Assembly: GCA_963722255.1 (NCBI GenBank)
Contig: CAVRJO010000001.1
Location: 832,001-896,000, forward strand
Length of the DNA: 64,000 bases
Direction of reading: 5' to 3'
From: Candidatus Babeliales bacterium
Lineage (GTDB): Bacteria > Babelota > Babeliae > Babelales > JANWKD01
Made by a program: the position numbers and the translations under genes. Position 1 is the stretch's first letter, and each line of letters starts with the position of its first letter. Below, one piece after another: positions 50,127 through 59,847 of this stretch. The notes below the pieces were generated by a model. The model saw only the letters and a list, made by a program, of their open reading frames with translations, did no database searches and was not told the DNA's origin.

Positions 50127-50738
50127 TTATTGTAATTCTTTAATCCAAAAAACAAGAACATTCTCTCGAAGCTCTGCGTTCTCTTTTTCATCTATAATCG
50201 TGATCCATTCATGGTTTATTTTCATAGAGGTCTTTGTATAGCCTAAATGCTTCCATACTTCATCAGAATTCGTGTAATTTGATGGTTTCAAAGGATGATT
50301 TTCTTCTCGTTCAGAAGTTGCTAAACAAATATTCTTATAGCCCCATGATCGTACTTTTTCTTCTAATAATCTAAAAAGGTTTTTTGCAACTCCTTTGTTC
50401 CTATAAGAAGCCAAAACAATGGCATCACTAAGATAGTATGAAAGGGTTGGATCTAGATTAGTAGTTTGAAACAAAGAAGATATTCCTTTAAAACGTTCAT
50501 TTGCAAGCAATGGCACTCCTGTTATAAAGCCTGCAAGGTTATCATCCACCTTCGCATGAACTACTAAGCCTTGTGCATTTGATGCAAAATATTCAAAATA
50601 TTGTTGTGCTTCTTCAGGAGTTCCTTTGTATAAATAAGGATATTGTTTAAAAGTATTGAGCCACGTTAAAGGAATATCGTTTGAAATTCCTAAGATTTGT
50701 ATTCCAATTAAAATAGTAATTAATGGTGATGCTAACAT
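50127..50738 (-). CDS. GNAT-family N-acetyltransferase
   Basis: FKQYPYLYKG, YYLSDAIVLASYRNKGVA (motif A), WKHLGY. Confidence 0.85.
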   Translation of the reverse strand: MLASPLITILIGIQILGISNDIPLTWLNTFKQYPYLYKGTPEEAQQYFEYFASNAQGLVVHAKVDDNLAGFITGVPLLANERFKGISSLFQTTNLDPTLSYYLSDAIVLASYRNKGVAKNLFRLLEEKVRSWGYKNICLATSEREENHPLKPSNYTNSDEVWKHLGYTKTSMKINHEWITIIDEKENAELRENVLVFWIKELQ

Positions 50739-50764
50739 ATTGACCCTTTATAAGAAATTATCCA

Positions 50765-52918
50765 TTACCCAATTTGTTTCTCGCCGCCTCCTTGGCATGC
50801 TAACTGATCAATAGTTAAGGTTAAATGTGCAACAGTTTGTAACCGTTGTAAACTCATAACCGGTTGTGAATTTGTTTGATTGATTGTCGCAAAAAATGCT
50901 TTTAACAAATTTTCATGACCTTTGTCTTGCTTGTCTACTTTTTGATTAAATGATTGTGGTAAGCCAAATCCTTCAAGCGTTTTATAATCATCCATGATAA
51001 TTGTTTTACCATCATAATAAAGCTCCATTCGCTCTTTTCCGGCATTTGCGTGACCAAGAGCTGTATACAAAAGAGTACATAATGAACCATCGGCAAAACT
51101 AATTTGCACAGAAAAGTTATCTGTGGCAAATAGAGCATCGGTGTTAGGTTTCATGGTTTCAACAGAAACTGATACTGGTTGTGCATCAGTTAAAAAGCAA
51201 AAAAGATCAAAAATATGGCATGCTTCGCCAATGATGCGTCCTGCGCCAACCTCAGTTTGTATCCAATGCTCTTTAGGTATAAAGCCGGCATTCATGCGAT
51301 AATGCGCTATGATTGGTGTTGATCGTTTTATAATCTGTTGTTTTATCGATTGGATAAATGGTGCAAATGATCGATTGTAGTCAACGCACAGAGGGGTTGT
51401 GTTGGAAGAAAGAATAGGCATTAGCTTATCAAGTTGTTCAAAGGTAGTTACCATTGGTTTTTCTACAAAAATTGCCTTATTGTGTTTAAGTGCAGTAATA
51501 ATTTGATCACAATGAAGCTTGTGTGGTGAAGCAATGACAACCACATCCGCAAGATCTTTTGTATATAATTCTTGATCATCAGTTGAAACATGTGCTACAG
51601 CATAAGCTCTAGAGCTATTTGTGGCTGTTGCAATATCGGTATCAACTATTGCAGTCAATCTACTATTTTTTATTCCCGCAACGATGGGCATCAACACTCC
51701 TTGCGCAAAGCCACCGGCACCAATAAAGGCAACTCGAATTGAATCTTTGTAAGCAGGAGTAAAGGTAACTTCTTTTTTCATAGATTCTTTTTGCTCAGTA
51801 GTAGGTGTGTCATAGCGTAAGATTATTCCTAATTTTTTTTTGTCTTGTAAGTGGAGATATGCTTTATCTGCTTGCTCAATAGATATAACATCAGAAATGA
51901 GCGGTGAAATAGTAATTTTTCCCGCTTGTAATAAATAAACAAAGGCTTGCATATTGCGATTTTCCGTCCATCGAACATATGCGTAAGGATAGTCCACTCC
52001 ATCCTTTTCATAAGTAGGATCAGATCTACCAGGACCATAGGATGTTGACATAAGAAAGTCGATCTCTTTTTGATAAAAAGGAGATCTTTCTAACCCCAAT
52101 CCAACATCACCAACCAAAACAACTTTACCTTTTTTTCGCGTGATTTCCATAGCTTGTTGCACCAGTGAATTGCTTTGTGATGCAGCGGTGATAAGTGTAG
52201 CATCAACACCGCGATGATTGGTAAAAAATGCAATATCCTTTAGCAGTGTTTGGGATGTAGCAGAAAAAACAGCATCAGCTCCTACTTGTGTTGCAAGTTC
52301 AAGACGTTCTTGCACTATATCGATGCCAATTACGGTACATCCTGATAATTTTGCAAGTTGAACGGTAATTTGTCCCAACAACCCAAGTCCTTGAATGCAC
52401 ACAATTTCGCCAAGTTGTGGCGCAGCTCGACGTAACCCTTGTAGTGCAATTGCTCCAAGAGTGGTAATGCTTGCTTCTTGTAAAAAACTTTCATCTGAAA
52501 GCGTAACAACAAGATTTTCAGGAACGCACACGATATCTGCATGGTTGGCATAACCTGCTCCTGCGCATGCAACGGAATCTCCTATTTTAATATGTTTAAT
52601 ATATTTTCCCACGGCGATAACTTTGCCTGAGCAAGAGTATCCTAATTGAGAAACGCTGCCTGCTAATTTTGCTTGTATTAGATTTTTAGTTCCATGAATT
52701 CCTTGTGCACTAAGCGCATCAAATAATTTCGATATTTTTTTGGGTAGATTATGCAATAATGAACCTTGTGATGCTTGTGAAACTGTTGATGATTCAGTCC
52801 CCGAGCTAATAAAAGAATAGCATACAGATACCATTACTAAATTATCATCAAGAATAGGTTGGCAAACATCTCGAACTGCGATTGCCCCTTTATCTATAAA
52901 GACTTGTCTCATGAACAT
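50765..52918 (-). CDS. Bi-domain oxidoreductase (Zn-ADH-like + Gfo/Idh/MocA) of polysaccharide biosynthesis
   Basis: SFISSGTE, LGYSCSG, GLGLLG, SYGPGR, VRWTENRN; second domain IGAGGF, VEKP, GRIIGEACH. Confidence 0.9.
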   Translation of the reverse strand: MFMRQVFIDKGAIAVRDVCQPILDDNLVMVSVCYSFISSGTESSTVSQASQGSLLHNLPKKISKLFDALSAQGIHGTKNLIQAKLAGSVSQLGYSCSGKVIAVGKYIKHIKIGDSVACAGAGYANHADIVCVPENLVVTLSDESFLQEASITTLGAIALQGLRRAAPQLGEIVCIQGLGLLGQITVQLAKLSGCTVIGIDIVQERLELATQVGADAVFSATSQTLLKDIAFFTNHRGVDATLITAASQSNSLVQQAMEITRKKGKVVLVGDVGLGLERSPFYQKEIDFLMSTSYGPGRSDPTYEKDGVDYPYAYVRWTENRNMQAFVYLLQAGKITISPLISDVISIEQADKAYLHLQDKKKLGIILRYDTPTTEQKESMKKEVTFTPAYKDSIRVAFIGAGGFAQGVLMPIVAGIKNSRLTAIVDTDIATATNSSRAYAVAHVSTDDQELYTKDLADVVVIASPHKLHCDQIITALKHNKAIFVEKPMVTTFEQLDKLMPILSSNTTPLCVDYNRSFAPFIQSIKQQIIKRSTPIIAHYRMNAGFIPKEHWIQTEVGAGRIIGEACHIFDLFCFLTDAQPVSVSVETMKPNTDALFATDNFSVQISFADGSLCTLLYTALGHANAGKERMELYYDGKTIIMDDYKTLEGFGLPQSFNQKVDKQDKGHENLLKAFFATINQTNSQPVMSLQRLQTVAHLTLTIDQLACQGGGEKQIG

Positions 52919-54258
52919 TGTTCCTTATAGGTATTGAGCAGTTCTGTTAATTGAGGATCAAAAGGTGTTATACTTGTTAAACTGTTTGCAGGCCAAAATA
53001 GTTGTTCTTGTTGATCTGTTTTGGTTTGGGGTTGATAGAAGAGCCCACAGAAGTCTAAAATCTTTTTAGATTTTAAGGTATCTCTATCAAGCGTTTTGAA
53101 TTGTGTATGATGAACGAGGCAAACGATAATATCAGCATCTTGTATGCCATCATGCAAAGCAACATGCGGTTTATTAATGCGTGTTTGAACGATTGCTGTT
53201 TCAACATGAGGTTCACAAAGAAGCAATGAAATATCATCCTTTTGTGCGAGTGCGTGAGCAATTTCAAGTGCAGGTGATTCGCGTAGATCATTAACATCTG
53301 CTTTGAAAGTAAGACCTAAAGCAAGAACTGTTGGTTTTTTGCCATTATTTTTTTTGAACTCCTCTACCCATAATTCTACGCATGCAACTACTTGATGAGG
53401 TTTTTCATCATTAATGATGCGCGCTGCTCGCAGTAATTTTGATTGTTCAGGAAATGTCTCAATTAAAAACCACGGATCTACTGCGATGCAATGTCCACCA
53501 ACTCCACAAGAGGGATTAAGAAGTTTAACGCGAGGATGCTTATTTGCAAGTTCAATAATTTCAAAAGGATCAAGGCCGATTGAATAGGCCATTGAAGCAA
53601 CTTGGTTAGCAAACGCAATGGCAACATCTCTAGAGCTATTTTCTACAAGTTTTACCATTTCAGCGGCTGTTGCATTGGTTAGATATAAACTGCCTTTTAC
53701 AAATTTTTTATAAAATAGTTTTGCTTGATTCATTGATTCTTTATTAATGCCGCCTATTATTCGTGCATTGTATACAAGTTCAAAAAATATTTTACCAGGC
53801 AATACTCGTTCAGGACAATGGGCAACAAAGAAATCCTTTCCTGCTTTCATTCCAGTTTCTTGTTCCAAAAGTTGGGCGCATTGATCGGTTGTTCCAACAG
53901 GAATTGTTGATTCAATAATAACCACATCGCCATTTTTTAAAACAGGAATGAGTGCTTTGGTTGCATGAAATACATAAGAAAGATCAGCTTTTTTTTCTTC
54001 TTTAAATGGTGTTGGAACAGCAATGACAAAACAATCTGCAGCTTCAATAGTTGTTGTTGCTTGTAGTTTTTTTGATTCAACTAAAGGTTTGAGCCGTTCA
54101 TAAACTTCAGGTTCGTCGATAACTGGATCAAAATTATTAATACGCTCTACGCGTTTTGCATCAACATCATATCCGATTACATCAAAACCATGTTCAGCAG
54201 CAACCACTGCGGTTGGTAATCCAATATATCCTAAGCCTATAATACAAATTTTCTTCAT
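52909..54258 (-). CDS. wecC: UDP-N-acetyl-D-mannosamine dehydrogenase
   Basis: IGLGYIGLPTA, AVPTP, ESTIPVG, HCPERVLPG, GVGGHCIAVDPWF, DLRESP. Confidence 0.92.
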   Translation of the reverse strand: MKKICIIGLGYIGLPTAVVAAEHGFDVIGYDVDAKRVERINNFDPVIDEPEVYERLKPLVESKKLQATTTIEAADCFVIAVPTPFKEEKKADLSYVFHATKALIPVLKNGDVVIIESTIPVGTTDQCAQLLEQETGMKAGKDFFVAHCPERVLPGKIFFELVYNARIIGGINKESMNQAKLFYKKFVKGSLYLTNATAAEMVKLVENSSRDVAIAFANQVASMAYSIGLDPFEIIELANKHPRVKLLNPSCGVGGHCIAVDPWFLIETFPEQSKLLRAARIINDEKPHQVVACVELWVEEFKKNNGKKPTVLALGLTFKADVNDLRESPALEIAHALAQKDDISLLLCEPHVETAIVQTRINKPHVALHDGIQDADIIVCLVHHTQFKTLDRDTLKSKKILDFCGLFYQPQTKTDQQEQLFWPANSLTSITPFDPQLTELLNTYKEQCS

Positions 54259-54290
54259 GCCCAATCCTTCTATTTTTTTATTATTACTCG

Positions 54291-55472
54291 TTATAAGGTA
54301 GGAACTGCACCGCAACAATTATTGAGATTTGCAGGAACGGTACCGTAATAACGTTTGTTATGAATAATTTTAGCGATCATGTCTGCAGCATATCCTGATC
54401 CATAAATTGATGATGCCTTTGAATGCAAATATGATTGTTGCATGCATTGATTCATCGCTTTTATTATTGCATCTTGGTTGGTCCCAACCAAAGTAGCAAG
54501 TTCAGTCCATAATCCTTCAACGCGTTCTGTTTTATCGCGTAATACTAAAACTGGCTTTCCTAAACTTACAGCCTCTTCTTGTATGCCTCCGGAATCTGTA
54601 GCAACCCAATCAGCATTTAAAAGAAGATATACTAAATCTTTATATTGTACCGGGCGTGACAAAAACAATGTTGGAATTTTTGCAATGCCAACTTTATCAA
54701 TAGCTTCAAGAACATTAGGATTTGGATGAAAAGGATAAAAAATAAAGATGTCAGGATTTTGGTTAGCGAATTCTTTAATTGCAGATAAAATTCGTACAAT
54801 GCCGCCATTGAATGATTCTCTGCGATGTACCGTTAGTAGAACGATCTTCTTATTTTCTAATTTGCATTGCTGTACTCGATCAACAATAGATTCATTAATA
54901 GTGATCTCTTTATTGAGTATTTGATCTTTAATAATACGCAAAGCATCAACAACTGTATTGCCGGTGCAAAAAATTTTTTCTCGCGCAATTCCTTCTGCCA
55001 ACAGATTTCCTACATTAAGGGCGGTTGGTGCAAAATGGTAATCAGCCACCATGCTGATAAAACGACGATTCATTTCTTCTGGGTAAGGGCTTTTAATATC
55101 ATCAGTTCTTAATCCAGCTTCAACATGCCCAATAGGAATGTTTAGATAAAATGCAGCTAAAGCGGCCGTCATGCTTGAGGTTGTGTCGCCTTGTACCAGA
55201 ACTAAGCTCGGATTTACTTTATTGAAGAAGATTTTTAATTTTTGCAATGTGATTTCGGTAATATAAAAAAGATCTTGATTTGGCTTCATAATGTCAAGTT
55301 GATAATCAGGAGTTACATGAAATAAATCATATACTTCTTGCAAAAGATCTGAATGTTGATCAGTTGAACACAATACAATTGGAATCTGAAGGCGTTTAAA
55401 AGCAAAATAGAGCGGAAGCATTTTAATGCCTTCAGGACGTGTTCCCACTATGAGTACGATTGGACTGGTCAT
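54291..55472 (-). CDS. wecB: UDP-N-acetylglucosamine 2-epimerase (non-hydrolysing)
   Basis: GTRPEGIK, VQGDTT, HVEAGLR, PEEMNR, TVHRRE, TDSGGIQEEA. Confidence 0.95.
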   Translation of the reverse strand: MTSPIVLIVGTRPEGIKMLPLYFAFKRLQIPIVLCSTDQHSDLLQEVYDLFHVTPDYQLDIMKPNQDLFYITEITLQKLKIFFNKVNPSLVLVQGDTTSSMTAALAAFYLNIPIGHVEAGLRTDDIKSPYPEEMNRRFISMVADYHFAPTALNVGNLLAEGIAREKIFCTGNTVVDALRIIKDQILNKEITINESIVDRVQQCKLENKKIVLLTVHRRESFNGGIVRILSAIKEFANQNPDIFIFYPFHPNPNVLEAIDKVGIAKIPTLFLSRPVQYKDLVYLLLNADWVATDSGGIQEEAVSLGKPVLVLRDKTERVEGLWTELATLVGTNQDAIIKAMNQCMQQSYLHSKASSIYGSGYAADMIAKIIHNKRYYGTVPANLNNCCGAVPTL

Positions 55473-55586
55473 AACACTCTCCGGGTGAAATTATGAGTTC
55501 ATCTATGTTGCCAATAAGATACCACAGGTGGCAACTTTGGCAAGAGTAGTGTCGCGGTATCTTTAAAAGAGTGATAGATCAATTGT

Positions 55587-55781
55587 TTATTTGCAAATCA
55601 TCTGATTCAGTTGATCTGTAAATTTTTCGACTTCTTTTTCTATGTGTTCAAGTAGGGTATGAAATTTTTCATCAATTGCTTTTTTTGCATCATTTTTTGC
55701 GTGCATTGTGATAAAGTGTCTAATTTTGCAGAATTCATACATCAATTTTAGCTTATCATAATGGCAATCATTTACTTGCAT
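55587..55781 (-). CDS. Small helical hypothetical protein
   Basis: AAGGA RBS before ATG 55781; amphipathic helices. Confidence 0.6.
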   Translation of the reverse strand: MQVNDCHYDKLKLMYEFCKIRHFITMHAKNDAKKAIDEKFHTLLEHIEKEVEKFTDQLNQMICK

Positions 55782-56005
55782 ATTATTTTCCTTTTTTTCT
55801 ATAGATTTTTTTAATACACACGGTAATAATTGTTCCATTAATTGAGTAAAATTTGCAAGAATATTGTGCCTGGAAAAAATTTGAAGGCTAATGAAAATAA
55901 TGAAAAAAGTAATGAAAATATTGGCTTCTTTGTTGTTAATAAAATCATTATACTACAAGGAGCTCATTGTTTTGATGTTTCATCATAGATTAAAAGGAAT
56001 CTGAT

Positions 56006-57541
56006 ATGAAAAAAACTCTAGTAGTGCTTTTTGGGATACAAATTGTTTGTTCAAGCTTTGCAATGGAAGAAGAAAAATCCAAACGCCCTCGAGCTAAGAT
56101 TTCAGAAACAGCTATCCAAGAAGTTATGGATAGAGGAACCAGACGTGAGCTTCAAGAGGTTCCAGAAGGCCAGAATAATGGCCATTATTCTTTTGTTTAT
56201 GAGGATATTGAAAATGCTATTCGTGATCAAGCAAGCCAACCGAAACCACAAGAAAAAGAATATGCCGATGAAAAAGAACGTATGTTTGATAAACTTTGTA
56301 AAGCTGCTCATGACTGCGATGCTCAAGGTGTTGGTGAATTAATCGAAAAAGGAGCGCCTGTAGAATATAATGAAAATTCGGCTCTTTTTTCTGTTATTAA
56401 AGGCTTCCAGGGAAGATCCTACTGCATTGTTGAGTTGAATGGCAATAAAGAAGGTGGAATACAAGAACATGCAAAGAAGGCAAAAACGACTCTTTTAACA
56501 CTCATTGAAGCTGGTGCCGATGTAAATAAAAAAAATAAAGAATGCGAAACGCCTCTTATGCGTGCAGCGTTTTATGCGCTCAAGGGTTTGGTTAAACTGT
56601 TACTCAAGGCAAAAGCAGATAAGGAGATGGTAAACAAAGAAATTGGGGGCTCTGCATGGTACTACGCAGATGAAGTTTCAGAAGGGTACCCTCTTAAGTT
56701 TTATGCAGCAACCATGGATCCTTATTATCAAATAGCGTTTAGTTATCCGGAATATAAGCTGTATCGGCAAAAGTGTATTGACCTTTTAAGACCTACTGAA
56801 AATTCTCCACTTTTTGAGCAGTATTGCGCTCGCCAAAAGGTGCTAGAGAAACGTGAAAAACTTGAGCAGCTGTGCAATGCGACAAATAAGTTAGATATAA
56901 ATGCTGTTAAACAAATACTTGAAACAGGGGTTTCTCTTACTGAAGGTGAGCAGTCTTCATTTTATTATCCTCTTACTATGACACTGTGGTTAGCAGTAAA
57001 TGGTTTTATTCAATCTGTGAGCGAGGTTCGCATAGATAAAAGCATAAAAAAAGAAGCTATTGTTAAAACCATTGCTGAGTTACGTGAGCGTACAAAAATC
57101 ATAATAGAACAGTTAGTTAAAAATGGATTCGATATCAATGCAAAGAATTTTGATGGCCAAACAGCATTTATGCTAGCATTAAGTAGTGCAAACAAGCCTC
57201 TTGTAAAGAAATTTTTAGAGCTAAATGCGCGCACTGATATAAAAGATAATGATGGTTATACTGCATCAGACTATGCACAACTAGATTCTGCAGTGGTTAA
57301 AATTAATTTAAAAAAGAAAAGAATGTTTCACAGATTTGTAGAAAATTATTGTCACGCTCATATGGGTGACCAAGTTACTGAAGAAATAAACTATTTTGCT
57401 CCTGAGGATAGTGGCCAAGATGCAGAAACGACAGCTTTATGGGGTGTAGAGGTAAACTATTCTATAAAGAATATGATTTATTATAAAAAAAGGTTAGAGA
57501 AAGTTCATTCTCTTTTAACTAAGAAAGCTCAATTGGAATAA
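56006..57541 (+). CDS. Secreted ankyrin-repeat protein
   Basis: Signal then MEE; LIEAGADVN..ETPLMRAA; NGFDINAKNFDGQTAFMLA; KDNDGYTASDYA. Confidence 0.88.
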   Translation: MKKTLVVLFGIQIVCSSFAMEEEKSKRPRAKISETAIQEVMDRGTRRELQEVPEGQNNGHYSFVYEDIENAIRDQASQPKPQEKEYADEKERMFDKLCKAAHDCDAQGVGELIEKGAPVEYNENSALFSVIKGFQGRSYCIVELNGNKEGGIQEHAKKAKTTLLTLIEAGADVNKKNKECETPLMRAAFYALKGLVKLLLKAKADKEMVNKEIGGSAWYYADEVSEGYPLKFYAATMDPYYQIAFSYPEYKLYRQKCIDLLRPTENSPLFEQYCARQKVLEKREKLEQLCNATNKLDINAVKQILETGVSLTEGEQSSFYYPLTMTLWLAVNGFIQSVSEVRIDKSIKKEAIVKTIAELRERTKIIIEQLVKNGFDINAKNFDGQTAFMLALSSANKPLVKKFLELNARTDIKDNDGYTASDYAQLDSAVVKINLKKKRMFHRFVENYCHAHMGDQVTEEINYFAPEDSGQDAETTALWGVEVNYSIKNMIYYKKRLEKVHSLLTKKAQLE

Positions 57542-57677
57542 AACAAATATTCAAATAGGATTTTAATGTTTAAGATATTATTTGAATAGAATATTTATTG
57601 TTAATTGTTTGATTGATTAAAAGAAATAATTTATTCTCATTAAGAGGGATATTGGTTAATTAGGGTTAGGGAAATCT

Positions 57678-57905
57678 ATGTTTAAACTATTTTTATTGCT
57701 GATTTTGTGTGTAAGTTTATCGAGTTATTGTATGAACGATGATAAAAAATTAGACCCAGATTATCACCTTTGAAATCGGGTAAAGCTGATAGTTCAAAAA
57801 CAGATAAAATAAAAATCACTTTTGGATGGAGAATGGTTGATTTAGGCAATTCAGGACATATTTTGCAACGTCTTTATACTTCAAAAACAGTGAATGAAAG
57901 ATGAT
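57678..57905 (+). pseudogene. Broken secreted-protein gene (signal peptide then MND, stop after 31 codons)
   Basis: MFKLFLLLILCVSLSSYC-MNDDKK... ends at TGA 57771-57773; coding-like sequence continues in another frame. Confidence 0.4.
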
Positions 57906-58051
57906 GAAGAAATTAAAAAAAGTGACAATGATTTGTAAAAATTAAAATATATTTCTATTACTGCTTATTGTAAAAAAAGTGTAAAATATTTATACTTTTT
58001 TTATGATGTGTAAAATTAAAAAGTAGAAGTAAAAGTAGTAAGAGGAGTTGT

Positions 58052-58500
58052 ATGATTGCTCATAAAAAATATTTAATTTTCTTTATAGCGAGTTTGCTAT
58101 TTTCATCTAATGTAAATGCCAATGAAGCTATTCAGTCAAATGTTGCATGTGATAAGAATGAAGAAGATGTGATACATACGATTGACACAAGCAAATGGCA
58201 TAAACGCGAATGTTTTTGTTTGGTATTCTTAATGGTTTTTATTTGCCCTTAACCTATGCGTTAGCGCTTGGTTTTAATCTAATAGATCTTTCTCATCCAG
58301 TTATGCAAGAAAATTTACAACCATTTGCAAAAGGTGCAACGCTTGGCATCGGGTGTTGGTTTGCTTATAAAATTATTGAATGGTACTTACAAATGGCTGT
58401 TTTAAAAACGCTTAATGCTGCTCTGAAAAATCCCGTTATCAATAAAGTTGTGCGTGAGAATGATTTGTTGCAGAGACGAGAAGAAACTACTGTTGTATAA
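58052..58500 (+). pseudogene. Secreted/membrane hypothetical protein, apparently frameshifted near 58210
   Basis: 58052..58252 (signal peptide, GAGGAG RBS) and 58210..58500 overlap. One extra A would fuse them (…KRE-MFLFG…). Confidence 0.5.
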
Positions 58501-58523
58501 ATTGAATTGAATGGATTAATGTC

Positions 58524-59152
58524 ATGGGTATACAAAAGGGAATATTATTTGTTTTTTTCACCGGATTTGTTTTTACTATGTTTGCAATGAATGTAGAAGA
58601 AGATGAGGCTGCTTTGGCAAAAAGACAGAAATTGTTTGAGAATTTGTATGCTGCAGCACGCTCATGTTCTTCATCTTTGGTTTTTAAATTTCTCTTACAA
58701 AGCAATGAGCAGGTACTTTTTAACCATTGCGGAAATACTCCCTTGCATGAAGTTTCAATAGGGCTTTTTGAAAAAACATGTAACGTTATGAACGGAATAG
58801 TTGAAGATGCTGAATTACAAGTGGGTATTCCTATCGAGAAGCAAAGATATCCCTTTCATATTTCCTTTTAAGGGGCTATGATGTCAATGTTAAAAACTTT
58901 TTTGGTTTGACTCCGCTTATGCTGGTTGCTGCTTTTGGACAAAAAGGTTTAATGAGAAGATTATTAAATGCTGGTGCAAATACCGATCTTATCGATGAAG
59001 CAGGTTATAAAGCATATGACTTAGCGCATGAAGGGGATGGTATGATAGAAAAATTTAATGCCAACCTTGCATGTTATACTTATAGTGAAATGTACCAAAA
59101 TAATAAAAAAAAATGTATTAAACTTTTAACTGAAGCTGTTGGGTCAGATTAA
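58524..59152 (+). pseudogene. Ankyrin-repeat protein (paralog of 56006..57541), frameshifted near 58845-58865
   Basis: Signal then MNV; GNTPLH. Alternate frame reads LLRGYDVNVKNFFGLTPLMLVAAFG into ORF 58907..59152. Confidence 0.7.
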
Positions 59153-59264
59153 TACATATTAGTATATTTATTTGTTTAATAAAAATGTATCTTTTTAGAC
59201 ATGGCTATTTGTTTATGATAATTTTATTCATGAGGTTGTTACTATTTATTTGAAAGGATCTCTC

Positions 59265-59825
59265 ATGAATAAATTTTTTAATACACTTTTTATTGTTGTA
59301 TATACTGTTACTGGTTCAATGCATGCTCGTACATGGTGGGATATGGGTAGTAATAGTAGTAATTATGACTATAATGATTCCATTAATTTTGATGCAATCA
59401 AGAGAATTATTGAACAAGAAATGGATCATTTATTTCAGCCATATTCACAAACTTTAGTTAATCGAAATTATCTTGCTGAGGTGAAAGAATATGCAAAAAA
59501 AGAGATTTCTAAAACAATAAAAAATAGCTGTTCAACGCATACGAAAGCAAAAAAAATGGCAATTAAGCTGACCCAAGAATTTGCAGTTGACGTACTCGTT
59601 GAATGGGCGGCGCATATTGCTCGAGATTTGTTAAAAAATCCACCTGTTAATCCAAGTTACATAAACAAGCAAGATATTATTTCAGCAGTTAAACAGATCA
59701 TGCGATCACAAGCTCAATTAGCATTATTGGAAAAAGATCGTCGTTTAACAAAACTAGTTCAAAATTTAGTTGAAAATGTTCAAGTTTTAGTTGATCAAGA
59801 AATTAAATTTGCTCTCTCCTGGTGA
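59265..59825 (+). CDS. Secreted helical hypothetical protein
   Basis: AAAGGA RBS; signal ending MHA; similar to 62506..63063. Confidence 0.7.
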   Translation: MNKFFNTLFIVVYTVTGSMHARTWWDMGSNSSNYDYNDSINFDAIKRIIEQEMDHLFQPYSQTLVNRNYLAEVKEYAKKEISKTIKNSCSTHTKAKKMAIKLTQEFAVDVLVEWAAHIARDLLKNPPVNPSYINKQDIISAVKQIMRSQAQLALLEKDRRLTKLVQNLVENVQVLVDQEIKFALSW

Positions 59826-59847
59826 TAGATTCTAAAAAGGATGTTTG

